Below are positions 21,620 through 35,778 of a stretch of 64,000 nt of DNA, in pieces. Position 1 is the stretch's first letter. Each line of letters starts with the position of its first letter. Both the position numbers and the translations under genes were made by a program. The notes under the pieces are model-generated. The model was not told where the DNA came from. It saw nothing but the letters and a program-made list of their open reading frames with translations, and searched no databases. The stretch comes from an uncultured Chloroflexia bacterium. GTDB taxonomy: Bacteria > Chloroflexota > Limnocylindria > Limnocylindrales > CSP1-4. Location: NCBI GenBank assembly GCA_963778155.1, contig CAVZTK010000021.1:1366369-1430368 (forward strand). Direction: 5' to 3'.

Positions 21620-22397
21620 ATGGCTCCGATCGTCCCGACCCTCCGCCACGAGCGCCGTCTCTGGAACGACGGCCTCGTGCGGGTCGTCGGCGTGGACGAG
21701 GTCGGTGTGGCACCGACCTGCGGCGCCGTCGTCGCGGCCGCGGTCATCATGCGACCCGGCTGCCATCGGATCCCCGGCGTCCGCGATTCCAAGACGCTCT
21801 CGGCTGCGCAGCGCGAGCGCCTGGCGCCGATCATCCGGTCGCGGGCGGTGTCGGTCGGGGTCGGCGCGGCGTCGGTCCGCGAGATCGACCAGCTCAACAT
21901 CTACCACGCCACGCATCTCGCGATGCGGCGCGCGATCGCGCACGTCGGCGGTCATGAGCACGTTCTCGTCGACGGCAACCGGATCGCGGGCTTCGAGGCG
22001 CACGTCGGGCCGTACACGCACATCGTCGACGGAGACGCGCGGGTGCTATTCGATCGCCTGCGCGTCGGTCGTCGCCAAGGTCGTCCGCGACCGGATGATG
22101 GAGCTGCTGGCCGCGCGCTACCCGGGCTATGGCTGGGAGCACAACCAGGGCTATGCGACGTTGGACCACCGGATGGCCATCCGCCGCCTGGGCCTGACGC
22201 CGTTCCATCGCCGCTCGTTCCTCGCGCTCCAGCGGACGCTCGCCGGCGACCAGCTCGAGCTCGACCTGCTGGCCGATCCGGCCGCGTCCGCCGACACCCA
22301 CGAGCTGCTGGCGCGCGAGCTGACGCCGGTCATGGCCGACGACGCGATGCTCGACGCGCTCGATCTGGCGGTGCTGGAGTCGGGCGTCGGGGTCTGA
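21620..22397 (+). CDS. rnhB: Ribonuclease HII, divergent motif I (indel near 22040)
   Basis: [48 protein letters not shown]; rplS-rnhB-yraN synteny. Confidence 0.9.
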
Positions 22398-22466
22398 ACC
22401 CGGCCGCCGAGGGCGGGCCCGGCGTCGATACGTGGCCGATAAGCGGCGCCTGCGACGATCCCTGTC

Positions 22467-22865
22467 ATGGCGGATCAGCCCGGCCGACCGGGACGGACGG
22501 CGGCGCAGCAGGCGGGTGATGCCGCCGAGACGGCGGTCGCGGACCGACTCGCGGAGGCTGGCTGGCTCGTCCTGGCCCGGAACGTCCATGTCGGTCGCCA
22601 CGAGCTCGACCTCGTGGCGGTCGACCCGGGTCCGCCGCAGGCTCTCGTCGTGATCGAGGTCCGCTGGCGAGCCGACCGAGCATTCGGACTGCCGGAGGAG
22701 ACGGTCGACCACCGCAAGCGGGCGCGGGTCCGGGCCGCCGCCTACGGCCTGCTCGATCGCGGGACGCTGCCGGACGGCGCGCCGCTCCCACGTCTGCCGC
22801 TCCGGTTCGACCTCGTCGTCGTCGAGCCGGGCGGCCGGATGCGCCACCACCGGCACGCCATGTGA
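22467..22865 (+). CDS. YraN/UPF0102 family endonuclease-fold protein
   Basis: GDAAE, ARN, ELDLVA, VIEVRWR, RFDLV. Confidence 0.9.
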   Translation: MADQPGRPGRTAAQQAGDAAETAVADRLAEAGWLVLARNVHVGRHELDLVAVDPGPPQALVVIEVRWRADRAFGLPEETVDHRKRARVRAAAYGLLDRGTLPDGAPLPRLPLRFDLVVVEPGGRMRHHRHAM

Positions 22866-22891
22866 CGCGGGACGGCCCGCGACCCGGACCG

Positions 22892-23060
22892 TGCTACACT
22901 CCCGCCCGGTCCGGGGCCCGACCCCGAGCCACCAGACAGATCCACCGCCCACGTCACACGGCGTGGAGCACACACGCGGACCGTTCCGACCGGGACGGTG
23001 CCGGCAAGGCCCAAAGCCAAGCCGGCCCCCGGCGACGAGGTCCGCGGAGGAATGAACCGA
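22892..23060 (+). ncRNA. rpsB promoter (TGCTACACT) plus structured S2-autoregulatory leader (tff/t44-like)
   Basis: CACACGCGGACC...GGTCCGCGGAGG...AACC layout; CGCGGACC 22975-22982 pairs with GGTCCGCG 23039-23046 around an inner CCGGC/GCCGG hairpin, resembling known rpsB leaders. Confidence 0.7.
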
Positions 23061-23075
23061 CAGGAGGTCGCCACC

Positions 23076-24066
23076 GTGCCGTCCGTTTCGATGCGGCAGC
23101 TGCTCGAGGCCGGAGTCCACTTCGGCCACCAGACCCGGCGCTGGAATCCCAAGATGAAGCCGTTCATCTTCGCGGAGCGCAACGGGATCCACATCATCGA
23201 CCTGGCCCAGACCGTCCAGCGCCTCGACGTCGCGCTCGACGTTCGTCACCGAGACCGTCGCCCGCGGCGACCAGGTCCTGTTCGTCGGCACCAAGAAGCA
23301 GGCCCAGGAGCCGGTCGCCCAGGAGGCCACCCGCGCCGACCAGCCGTACGTCAACAAGCGCTGGCTCGGCGGCATGCTCACCAACTTCGTGACCATCAAG
23401 AAGCGGATCGGCCTGCTCGAGCAGCTCGAGGCCCGCCAGGCCAACGGCGACTTCGAGCGGATGACCAAGAAGGAAGCCGCCAAGCTGACCGAGGAGATGG
23501 TCAAGCTCCAGCGGAACGCTCGGCGGCATGCGCAAGATGAAGCGTCTGCCCGGGCGCGATCTTCATCGTCGACCCGCACCGCGAGCGCATCGCGCGTGAC
23601 CGAGGCCAACAAGCTCGAGATCCCGGTCGTCGGCACCGGCGACACGAACGTCGACCCCGACGAGCTCGACTACATCATCCCGGCCAACGACGACGCCATC
23701 CGCGCCATCCGGCTGCTGTGCACGCTCGTCGCCGACGCCGCCATCGAAGGCGCCCGCGAGCGCTCCGCCCGCAGCTCGACCGAGCCCGACCAGATCGAGG
23801 CGATGGCGATGCCCGAGGCCGAGGACGAGGAAGTCCCCGGCGCGACCGACGAGCTCGTGGCAGCCCTCGCGGGTGGCGCGGCGCTCTCGTTCGAGCCCGA
23901 CGCCGATGACGACGACCTGCTGCCCGGCGACCGCGTCGCCCGGGCAGAGGCGGCCGTCGCCGAGCCCCCGGCCGAGGCCTCCCCGGAGGAGATCGCCGCG
24001 GAGCTCGCCCGCGAGGCGGCCGAGAAGAACGCCGACGAGCCCGGCGCGGCGACCCCGGCGAGCTAG
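23076..24066 (+). CDS. rpsB: 30S ribosomal protein S2 with acidic C-terminal extension (several indels)
   Basis: [40 protein letters not shown]; SD CAGGAGG. Confidence 0.96.
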
Positions 24067-24154
24067 ACGCGCCGGTCGCGACCGGCATCGACCACAGGAC
24101 CACATCCAGCCGGCGAGCCCGAGCGGCCGCCGCGAGACAGGAGAACGAACAGGC

Positions 24155-24752
24155 ATGGCGGACATCACGGCGGAGCTCGTCAAGGAGCTCCGCGAGCGGA
24201 CCGGCGCGGGCTTCATGGACTGCAAGCGCGCCCTGACCGAAGCGGACGGCGACATCGACAAGGCGATCGTCGCTCCTTCGCGAGAAGGGTCTCGCGGCCG
24301 CGGCCAAGAAGGCCGACCGTGAGGCCCGCGAGGGCCTCGTCTCGAGCTACATCCACACCGGCGGGCGCGTCGGCGTCCTCATCGAGGTCAACTGCGAGAC
24401 CGACTTCGTCGCCCGCACCGACGAGTTCCAGAAGCTCGTCCGCGACCTGGCCATGCAGGTCGCCGGCCTCGATCCCGCAGTACGTCGACGCGGAGCACAT
24501 CCCGGCCGACGTCCTCGAGGCGAAGCGCGCCGAGCTGCTGGCCGACGAGGCGACCCAGAAGAAGCCCGAGAACATCCGGGCGCAGATCGTGGACGGCCAG
24601 CTCAAGAAGTGGTACTCGCAGGTCTGCCTGCTCGACCAGCCGTTCCGCGACGAGGAGCGGACCGTGCGCGAGCTGATCACCGAACGGATCGCCACGATCG
24701 GCGAGAACATCCGCGTCCGCCGCTTCACCCGCTACGCGCTCGGGGAGGAGAT

Positions 24753-24756
<4 letters not shown>
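24155..24756 (+). CDS. tsf: Elongation factor Ts, short type (indels near 24275 and 24470)
   Basis: [38 protein letters not shown]. Confidence 0.95.
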
Positions 24757-26092
<1,336 letters not shown>

Positions 26093-26093
<1 letters not shown>

Positions 26094-26903
26094 TGGCCCG
26101 CTCCGCGCATCTCGCCCGACCGACCGACGCGCCGCCCGCGGCGCACGACGCGTCCGTCGACACGGAGGGCGGTCCCGGCCCGGCCGTCCCCGCCGGCGAG
26201 GCTCCGCTCCTCGCCGCCGGACGAGCTGCCGCGGCACGTCGCGATCATCATGGACGGCAACCGCCGCTGGGCCCGGCTCCGCGACCTGCCGGAGCTCGAG
26301 GGCCACGCGGCCGGCGTCGAGGCGATCCGGGCGCTCCTCCGCCACGCCGTCCGGCGCGGCGTCCCGGTGCTGACGCTGTACGCCTTCAGTCGCGAGAACT
26401 GGGCCCGCTCCGACGACGAGGTCACCGGCCTGTTCGGTCTGCTCGAGGCGGCGATCCGGAGCGAGACCGCCGAGCTCTGCGCGCAGGGCGTTCGCGTCCG
26501 CCTCCTCGGGCGGCTCGAGGAGCTGCCCGACGACACCCGCCGATCGATCGGCGAGGCGCTCGACGCAACGGCCGGCGGCGACCGGCTGCTCCTCAACATC
26601 GCGTTCAACTATGCCGGCCGGACCGAGCTCGTCGACGCGTTCCGTCGGTTGGCGGCCAGCGGCGTCAGCCCCGACGAGATCGACGAGGCCGCCATCGCGC
26701 CGCCCTGTACACGGCCGGCCTGCCCGACCCCGACCTCGTCATCCGGACCGGCGGCGAGCAGCGGCTCTCCAACTTCCTGATCTGGCAGTCGGCCTACGCC
26801 GAGTTCTACAGCTGCGACGCGCTGTGGCCCGACTTCGGACCCGACGCGTTCGACGCCGCCCTCGCTCGAGTTCGCGAGCCGCCATCGCCGGTTCGGTCGC
26901 TGA
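26093..26903 (+). CDS. uppS: Undecaprenyl/isoprenyl diphosphate synthase (indels)
   Basis: [42 protein letters not shown]. Confidence 0.95.
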
Positions 26904-26924
26904 CGGCCGAGGGTCGGGACTGAG

Positions 26925-27756
26925 ATGCGCCAACGAGCGATCAGCGCGGTCGTGCTCGTCCCGGTCCTGCTCATCGTCCTCGCCCTCGGCGGCCCGGTCC
27001 TGGCCGCGGGTGTCGCGCTGCTCGACGGTCCTCGCGGGGATCGAGGTCTTCCGTCTCCTCAAGAGCGCCGGATACGCGCCATTCGCCGCGCTCGGCTGCG
27101 TCCTGGCGCTGGCGATCGCCCTCGAGGCGGCGTTCCCGGAGCAGCTCGAGGGCAGTGGCATCCTGCTCGCCGCGATCGGCATCGTGCTGATCGGGGTCGC
27201 GGCGTTCACCAAGGTCGACCCGCGTGACGGCCTGCAGGCCTGGATGGCGACGGTGTTCGGAGCGTTCTACGTCGCGCTGCTGTCGTTCATCATCCGACTC
27301 GGCAACGCCGCGCCGGACGTCCCGGCCAATGCGCCGTTGTCCGCGCTCGGCGCGGAGCGCGGCTGGATCCTGCTGCTCATCCTCGCGGTCTGGTCGTTCG
27401 ACACCGGCGCGTACCTGACCGGCAGGAGCATCGGTCGGACCGCAGTTCCTCACCCACATCTCGCCGTCCAAGACGGTCGAGGGCGTCATCGGCGGCGTCG
27501 TCGCCTCGACCGTCGTCGTCGCGCTGATGCTCTGGGGACTCGGCCAGACCCCGTCCACGCGCCTCGTCCTCGGTCCGTTGGTCGGCGCTCGCCGCCCAGG
27601 CCGGCGACCTCGCCGAATCGATGCATCAAGCGCGCCGCCGGCGCCAAGGATTCGGGGACGCTGATCCCGGGCCACGGCGGGATCCTCGACCGGGTCGACT
27701 CATTCGTGTTCGCGGCGCCGGTCGTGACGCTGTATGTCGTCGCCGTCCTCCGCTGA
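26925..27756 (+). CDS. cdsA: Phosphatidate cytidylyltransferase (indels)
   Basis: [33 protein letters not shown]. Confidence 0.94.
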
Positions 27757-27769
27757 TCCGGGCGGGAGG

Positions 27770-28995
27770 GGGGAGCGCGCGCCGCGGCGGGTCGCCCTGC
27801 TCGGCTCGACCGGTTCGATCGGACGCCAGACGGTCGACGTCCTGGCCGCGCTCCCGGACGCGTTCCGGGTCGTGGCCCTCGCCGCCGGCGCCAACGCCAC
27901 GCTCCTCGCAGAGCAGGCGGACCGCCTCCGGCCGGCCGCCATCGCCCTCGCCGACGCCGATGACGATGGCCAGCCTCGACCTGCCGCCCGGCACGGAACG
28001 GGTCGGCGGACCGGATGCCCTCGTCGAGCTCGCCACGCGCGACGACGTCGACATCGTGGTCGTCGGAACGGGCGGCGTCGTGAGCCTCCGGCCGGTCCTC
28101 GCCGCCTTGCGCGCCGGCAAGGTCGTCGCCACGGCCAACAAGGAGACCCTGGTCGCCGGCGGTCATCTCGTGATGCCGCTCGCGCGCGGGCTGGCCGCGG
28201 GCATCGCGACGCTCGACCCCGGCGATCCGTACGCGAGCCCGCTCGCCTGGCTGCGCCCGATCGACTCGGAGCATTCGGCCATCTGGCAGTGCCTCGTCGG
28301 GGAGTCGCATGGCCGGCGTCGCCGCGCTGATCCTGACCGCATCCGGCGGCCCGTTCCTCGACGCGACAGCGGCCGAGCTCGCGGCCGTGACGCCGGCGCA
28401 GGCCCTGCGTCACCCGACCTGGACGATGGGCGCCAAGATCACGATCGACTCGGCGACGCTCGCCAACAAGGGGCTGGAGGTCATCGAGGCACACTGGCTG
28501 TACGATGTCGACTACGACGCCATCGAGGTCGTCATCCACCCGCAGAGCGTCGTCCACTCGGCCGTCCGCTTCGTGGACGGTTCGCTGAAGGCCCAGCTGG
28601 GCACGCCCGACATGAGACTTCCCATCCAGTACGCCTTGACCTATCCCGACCGCCGGCCGTCGCCGGCGACTCCGCCCGACCTGATCGCGGCGGCCCGGCT
28701 CGACTTCCGCGCCCCCGACCCGGTGCGCTTTCCCGGCCCTGCGCATCGCCCGCGAGGCAGGCCGGCTCGGGCCTCGCGCCTCAGCCGCGCTGATCGCCGC
28801 CGACGAGGTCGCGGTGCGCGCGCTTCCTCGACGGCACGCTCGAGCTTCACCGGCATCCCGGCGCCTGCTCGAGGCGGCCGTCGCGCGGTTCGGGGGAACC
28901 GACGGCCGCGGCCCCCGACGTCGAGGACCTCGTCGCAGCTCGACACCGACGTTCGCGCGGCCTTCGCGACCACCCGCTTCGGAGCACCCGCGTGA
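27770..28995 (+). CDS. dxr: 1-deoxy-D-xylulose 5-phosphate reductoisomerase (start uncertain; indels)
   Basis: [51 protein letters not shown]. Confidence 0.94.
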
Positions 28996-30087
28996 CCGCA
29001 TTCGTCCAGTCGATCATCACGATCGTCCTGTTCATCTTCATCCTCGGCGCGCTCGTGATCATCCACGAGCTCGGTCACTTCCTGACCGCCCGCGCGCTTC
29101 CGCGTCCGCGTCCTCGAGTTCGGGATCGGCTTCCCGCCCCGGGCGAAGGTCCTGCGATCGAAGGGCGAGACCCTGTACACGCTCAACTGGCTGCCGATCG
29201 GCGGCTTCGTCAAGCTCGAGGGCGAGGACGGCGCCGAGGCCGACGACCCACGGTCGTTCGCCGCCCAGCGCTACCTGACCAAGATGGCCATCCTGGTCGC
29301 CGGGCGTCGTGATGAACATCCTGCTGGCGTTCGTGATCTTCACCGGCATCGCGCTGTACGGCGACCCGACGATCGGCGCGAACATCACGACCGTGCAGCC
29401 GGGCTCACCCGCGGCCGCCGCCGGTCTCCAGCCCGGGCGACGTCATCGTCAGCGTCAACGGCAAGGTCTACAACGCGTTCGCATCGACCGGCCCGACCGG
29501 CGACCTCCAGACGATGCCCGGTCAGACCGTCGTGCTCGGGGTCAAGCATCCGGACGGGACGACGTCCGACGTGTCCGCCACGCTCAGGACGACCGAGGAG
29601 CTCCAGACCAACAAGGGCGCGCTCGGGATCGTCACCTCGGCAGCCGTCCTCCAGGACCGACATCGACCTATTCGCCGCTCGAGGCCGTCAGGATCGGCGC
29701 CGCAGCGGACAACGCGATGCCCTCGGGCTGATCGTCGGCGGTCTCGGCCAGCTCGTCGACTCGATCGTGAACCATCCGACCGAGGCGCCGCCCGTCCAGG
29801 GCCCGGTCGGCATCGCGACCCAGATCGGCGACATCTTCTGGCAGCTCGGGCCGCTCTTCACGCTGTACGTCGCGGGCATCCTGTCGGCCAACCTCGCGGT
29901 CGTCAACATCCTGCCGTTCCCGCCGCTCGACGGCGGCCGGATGCTGATCATCACCCTCAAGCGCGTGTTCGGGGCGCGGATCAGCGTCCGGGCGGAGCAG
30001 CTGACCTACATGGTCGGCTTCGTGTTCCTGTTCGCCTTCCTCATCTGGATCACCGGGTTCGACATCGTCCGCCTCGGCGGCTCGTAG
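28992..30087 (+). CDS. rseP: RseP-like M50 membrane metalloprotease with PDZ domain (indels)
   Basis: [23 protein letters not shown]. Confidence 0.92.
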
Positions 30088-30093
30088 GTCCGC

Positions 30094-31335
30094 GTGAGCT
30101 CGCCCGATTCGCTCCGGCCGCGCCGCCGGCCGACGGTCAGCGTCGACGTCGGCGGCGTCCTGGTCGGCTCGGCCCATCCGGTCGTCGTCCAGTCGATGAC
30201 CAACACCGACACCGCCGACGCCGACGCGACCGCGATCCAGGTCGCGCGTCTGGCGCACGCCGGCTCGCAGCTCGTGCGGGTGACGGTCAACAACGAGGAG
30301 GCAGCCGCGGCCGTCCCGGAGATGGTCCGCAAGGTCCGCGGGCTGGGCGTCGACGTGCCGATCATCGGCGACTTCCACTACAACGGACACAAGCTCCTCG
30401 CCGAGTACCCGGACATGGCCGCCGCGCTCGCCAAGTACCGGATCAACCCCGGCAACGTCGGCGCCAAGCGCCACGACGAGCACTTCGCCGACGATCGTCC
30501 GGATCGCCGATCGACAACGGCAAGCCGGTCCGCATCGGGGTCAACTGGGGCTCGCTCGACCAGGCGATCCTGACCGAGCTGATGGACGCCAACGCGGTCG
30601 CCGCCGAGCCGCGCGATGCCCGCGACGTGATGATCGACGCGATGCTCGAGTCGGCGATGCGCTCGGCCGAGCTGGCCGAGGCGACCGGCATGCCGCACGA
30701 CCGGATCATCCTGTCGGCCAAGGTGTCGGGCGTCCGCGACCTGGTCGACGTCTACCGGCTGCTGGCGACGCGGAGCGACTACCCGCTCCATCTCGGGCTC
30801 ACCGAGGCCGGGATGGGCGACAAGGGGATCGTCGCCTCGACCGCGGGGCTGGCCATCCTGCTCAACGAGGGGATCGGCGACACGATCCGGGTCTCGCTGA
30901 CGCCCGAGCCCGGCGCGCCGCGCGAGCGCGAGGTCGAGATCGCCCAGCAGGTGCTCCAGTCGATGGGCCTGCGCTCGTTCCTGCCGCAGGTCTCGGCCTG
31001 CCCGGGCTGCGGCCGGACGACCTCGACCTTCTTCCAGGAGATGGCCCAGCAGATCCAGGGCTACCTCAAGGAGCAGATGCCGGTCTGGCGCGAGACGCAC
31101 CCCGGGGTCGGAGGACCTGCGCGTGGCGGTCATGGGCTGCGTCGTCAACGGTCCGGGCGAGTCGAAGCACGCCGACATCGGCATCAGCCTGCCGGGCACG
31201 TTCGAGGAGCCGGTCGCGCCGGTGTTCATCGACGGCCGTCTCGATCGCACGTTGCGTGGCGACGGCCTCGTCGCCGAGTTCATCGACATCCTCGAGGGCT
31301 ACGTCGCGGAGCGCTTCCCGACACCCGCCGTTTGA
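30094..31335 (+). CDS. ispG: HMBPP synthase IspG/GcpE (indels near 30490-30510 and 31110)
   Basis: [50 protein letters not shown]. Confidence 0.95.
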
Positions 31336-31388
31336 GGCGTCCACGCTCCCGGGTGTATAGTTGCTGTCAACTGAACGGCCGCTCCGCG

Positions 31389-31415
31389 ACGTGGGTGACC
31401 CCCACGTTTCTTTTT
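31389..31415 (+). terminator. Leader terminator hairpin of the (rimP-)nusA-infB operon
   Basis: ACGTGGG/CCCACGT stem plus TTCTTTTT, downstream of -10 TATAGT (31356-31361); GTGGG..CCCAC core typical of rimP leaders. Confidence 0.75.
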
Positions 31416-31454
31416 GAGCGCCACTAGACATCTGCACAGCGAACGGAGGACATC

Positions 31455-32877
31455 GTGAGTCGAGACTTCGTCGGTGCCCTCCTCCAGCTCAACGCCGAGA
31501 AGCAGATCTCGCGGGAGCAGCTCATCGGAGCCGTCGAGGACGGCATCCAGTCCGCCTATCGGCGCGTCGCCGGTGACGAGGACATCCACGTCCGGATCGA
31601 CGCCGAGACGGGCAAGATCCGCGTGTTCCGCGCGCGCCGCGTCGTCGGCGAGATCGAGGACGAGTTCACCGAGATGACGGTCGAGCAGGCCAAGGCGTTC
31701 GATTCGGGCGCCGACGTCGGCGACCTCGTCGAGACCGAGCAGCTCGATGGTGACGTCTTCGGCCGGATCGGCGCCCAGACGGCCAAGCAGATCGTCCTCC
31801 AGCGCATCCGCGAGGTCGAGCGCGACCAGGTCTTCGACCAGTTCGCGAGCCGCGAGGGCGAGCTGATGACGGGCACCGTCAACCGGGTCGAGCCGCGGGC
31901 GATCATCCTCGACGTCGGCAAGAACGTCGAGGCGATCCTGGCGACGACCGAGCAGAGCGCCCTCGAGCACTACCGGATCGGCCAGAACGTCAAGGCATTC
32001 GTGCTCGAGGTCCGGCGCTCGACCAAGGGCCCGCAGATCTTCGTCAGCCGGACCCACAAGGGCTTCCTCAAGCGGCTGTTCGAGCTCGAGGTCCCCGAGA
32101 TCCACAGCGGGACGGTCGAGATCAAGGCCATCGCGCGCGAGGCCGGCAGCCGCTCGAAGGTCGCCGTCGCGTCGCGCCAGGAGGGCCTCGATCCGGTCGG
32201 TGCCACGGTCGGCCAGCGCGGGGCCCGCGTCCAGGCCGTCGTCGCCGAGCTGTCCGGCGAGAAGATCGACGTCATCCCGTGGAGCGACGATGCGAGCCTG
32301 TTCGTCGCCAACGCCCTGAGCCCGGCCCAGGTCATCTCCGTCGACATCGACGAGGAGCACCGCATCGCCAGCGTGACCGTCCCCGAGCGGATGCTGTCGC
32401 TCGCCATCGGCCGCGAGGGCCAGAACGCCCGGCTGGCCGCGCGGCTGACCGGCTGGCGGATCGACATCCGGAGCGACGTGTCCGTGGCCGAGGCGAAGGC
32501 CGCCGCCGACGCGGTCGCCAGCGGCCCGTCTGCCGAGGCGGAGACGGCCGCTGTGTCCGAGGTCGCCGTACCCGACGCCTCGGTCGCCGTCGATGCCCCG
32601 AAGCCCAAGCGCGTCACCAAGAAGGCGGCCGCGGCCGAGGCGACGGCAGACGTGGCCGAGGCACACGGACGCCGGAGCCGCAGCCGGAGGCCGGTCGCGG
32701 AGACCGACGCCAAGCCGAAGCGCGCGACGAAGGCGACGGCCAAGACGGCCCCGCTCGAGCCCGACGTCATCGCCACCGACGGCGTGGCAGCCGGCTCCGT
32801 CCGACGAACCAGCCGCCAAGCCGAAGCGGGTCGCCAAGAAGGCCGCCGCCGTCGCATCGGGAGAGGTGGCGTCGTAG
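31455..32877 (+). CDS. nusA: Transcription factor NusA with Ala/Lys-rich tail (indels in tail)
   Basis: FGRIGAQTAKQ, AREAGSRSKVAV, LAIGREGQNARLAARLTGWRIDI. Confidence 0.96.
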
Positions 32878-33198
32878 ACCGGCAGGCGAGGACCGGCGCT
32901 CCGCGGCACGCCCCCGATCGCACCTGCGTCGCCTGTCGGACGGTGCGCCCGAAGCGTGACTTGATGCGTATCGTGCGGACTCCGACCGGAGACATCCGGC
33001 TCGACGAGACCGGCCGGGCGGCCGGCCGTGGCGCGTACGTGTGCCGCACATCAGACTGCCTCGACAAGGCGATCACGAAGGGCGCCCTCAGCCGGGCGCT
33101 CAAGACCCCGCTCCCATCCGACCTGCGCGAGACGCTGGCAGGGAGCCTCGAACCCATGAGACATGACCATCGAAGGAGGAGCCCGTGGCCAGGAGTAG
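32873..33198 (+). CDS. ylxR: YlxR/RnpM family RNA-binding protein (start uncertain)
   Basis: [16 protein letters not shown]; position between nusA and infB. Confidence 0.88.
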
Positions 33199-35093
33199 GA
33201 GCGGCACGCGCGGCCGGCGCGGGCCCCGCAAGCCACCGCGTCGCGACGGCGCATTCAACGGCGCCGGCGTCCAGACGCTGGATCCGCGCGAGCGCGGCGC
33301 CATCGAGCTGCCCGGCACGATCACCGTGAAGGAGCTCGCCGAGCTGCTGGGCGTCAACCCGGCGGACATCATCCGCGAGCTGATCAAGAGCGGGATCTTC
33401 GCCACCATCAACCAGCTGGTCGACCGCGACACCGCGTCGCTCGTCGCCGGCGAGCTCGGCTACGAGGTCGCTGAGGCCGAGGCCGTGCACCACTCCGGCG
33501 TGCTCGACGAGACCGACGGCCAGGTCGCCGAGGCGACCAAGGAAGTGCTGTTCGAAGAGGACGATCCGACGCTGCTCCAGCCGCGCGCCCCGATCGTGAC
33601 CGTCATGGGCCACGTCGACCACGGCAAGACGAGCCTGCTCGACGCGATCCGGACGACCGAGGTGGCGGCCGGCGAGCGCGGCGGCATCACCCAGCACATC
33701 GGTGCCAGCGAGGTGGTCAAGGACGGCAAGCGCGTCGTGTTCCTCGACACGCCGGGTCACGAGGCGTTCACCGCGATGCGTGCCCGCGGCGCGCGGGTGA
33801 CCGACATCGCGGTCGTGGTCGTGGCGGCCGACGACGGCGTCATGCCCCAGACACTCGAGGCGATCAGCCACGCCAAGGCGGCCAAGGTCCCGATCATCAT
33901 CGCGCTCAACAAGATCGACAAGCCGGACGCGAATGCCGAGCGGGTCAAGACCGAGCTGACCGAGGCGGGCATCGTCGTCGAGGAGTACGGCGGCGACGTG
34001 CCGCTCGTCCCGGTCTCGGCGAAGACCCGGATCGGGCTCGACGAGCTGATCGAGATGATCCTGCTGGTCGCCGACCTGCAGGAGCTCAAGGCGAACCCGA
34101 AGCGGTCCGCCGTCGGCACGATCGTCGAGGCCAAGCTCGACAAGGGCCGCGGCCCGGTCGCGACGGCGCTGGTCCAGACCGGCACGCTCAACGTCGGGGA
34201 CATCATCGTGGTCGGTGAGACCTTCGGGCGCGTCCGCGCGCTCGAGAACGACCTCGGCAAGCGCGTCACCAAGGCCGGACCGTCGACCGCCGTCGTCATC
34301 CTCGGCCTCTCCGACGTGCCCGATGGCCGGCGACATCCTGCGCGTCGTCGGCGACGAGAAGGAAGCCCGGACCATGGTCGAGACCCGCAAGGCTGCCTCG
34401 GCGGCCAAGAGCGGGGAGGGGAGTGGCCGCGCCACCCTCGAGGACCTCTACAGCCAGATCCAGGCGGGTCAGGCCAAGGAGCTCCGGATCATCCTCAAGG
34501 CCGACGTGTCGGGCTCGCTCGGTGCGATCACCCACGCGCTCGAGCAGCTCGACCAGGACGAGATCCGGCTCAACGTCCTGCTCGAGGGCGCCGGCGACAT
34601 CACCGACAACGACATCATGCTGGCGGCCGCCTCGGACGCCATCGTCATCGGCTTCAACACCAAGATCACCGAGACCGCTCGGCGCGCCGCCGAGAGCGAA
34701 GGCGTCGACGTCAGGCTGTACGACATCATCTACAAGCTCACCGACGACGTGGATGCTGCCCTCAAGGGCCTGCTCGAGCCGGAGATCGTCGAGGTCGTCG
34801 AGGGCCGGGCGGAGGTCCGCCAGGTCATCCGCGTCGGCAAGAGCACGGTCATCGCCGGCTCGTTCGTGACCGACGGCCGGATCGTCCGCGGCGGCAACGC
34901 CCGGGTGTGGCGCAGCTCGAAGGTCATCGCGACCGACCGGATCGAGTCCCTTCGTCGCTTCCGCGACGACGTCCGCGAGGTCCAGCAGAACTACGAGTGC
35001 GGCATCGGTCTGGCCAACTTCCACGACATCGTGGAAGGCGACATCATCGAGTGCTTCACGGCCCAGACAGTCAGTCGGGCGTCAGCGAACTGA
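33185..35093 (+). CDS. infB: Translation initiation factor IF-2 (indel near 34325)
   Basis: [35 protein letters not shown]-terminal ECGIG. Confidence 0.97.
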
Positions 35094-35121
35094 CGCCCGA
35101 CATGGCCGCCACCGAGACGCC

Positions 35122-35205
35122 CGATGCGCGCGTTGCGCGGTCCGCGCGCTCGCTCACGCACCTTGGGGTGCGCTCGCTCACGTGCTCCCGCGCGCCTTCG
35201 CCTCG
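35122..35205. repeat. REP-like intergenic element
   Basis: 13-nt direct repeat GCGCTCGCTCACG at 35146-35158 and 35170-35182 around hairpin CGCACC-TTGG-GGTGCG. Confidence 0.5.
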
Positions 35206-35238
35206 GACGCCCAGGCGTCGGCAAAGCAGTTCGATGAC

Positions 35239-35778
35239 GTGAGCCAACGAACAGAGCGCGTCGACGAGCTGCTTCGGCAGGAGATCGGGGCGATCGTGAC
35301 GCGCGACGTCGCTGACCCACGCGTGGGATTCGCGACGATCACGTCGGTCGAGACGACGCCCGATCTGCGCCATGCGCGGGTCTGGGTCAGCGTCATCGGC
35401 CAGCCGGCGGAGCGTGACGCGGCCGTGGCCGCGCTCCAGCACGCGATGCCGTTCATCCGTCACGAGCTCGGCAGGACACTCCGCCTCAAACGGATCCCGG
35501 ACCTGCACGTGCACCTCGACGAGACCGCCGACCGGGGCACGCGGATCCTCCGCCTGCTCGACGAGATCGAGACCGGTGCGGTCCCGGAGGCGGACGTCCC
35601 GATCGCGGAGTCGCTGCCGACGCCGGTGGCCCGCGTCCACCAGACCGATGACCTCCCCGAGGAGCCGCCGTCGGCCGTGCGGCCACCGACGCCCTCGCGG
35701 CCGCGGTCGCGTCGGACGACGGCGAGCGGACCACACCGGCACGGCACGGGCAAGACGACCGGGCGACGGCCCCGATGA
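35239..35778 (+). CDS. rbfA: Ribosome-binding factor A
   Basis: [39 protein letters not shown]. Confidence 0.94.
   Translation: MSQRTERVDELLRQEIGAIVTRDVADPRVGFATITSVETTPDLRHARVWVSVIGQPAERDAAVAALQHAMPFIRHELGRTLRLKRIPDLHVHLDETADRGTRILRLLDEIETGAVPEADVPIAESLPTPVARVHQTDDLPEEPPSAVRPPTPSRPRSRRTTASGPHRHGTGKTTGRRPR

Noticed and set aside
31455-33329. Apparent NusA-YlxR fusion (likewise PlsX-Asp23 and Asd-UDG in the ORF track)
   Set aside because: Each arises from an indel; native stops are present in the alternate frame (32877, 8677, 45157).
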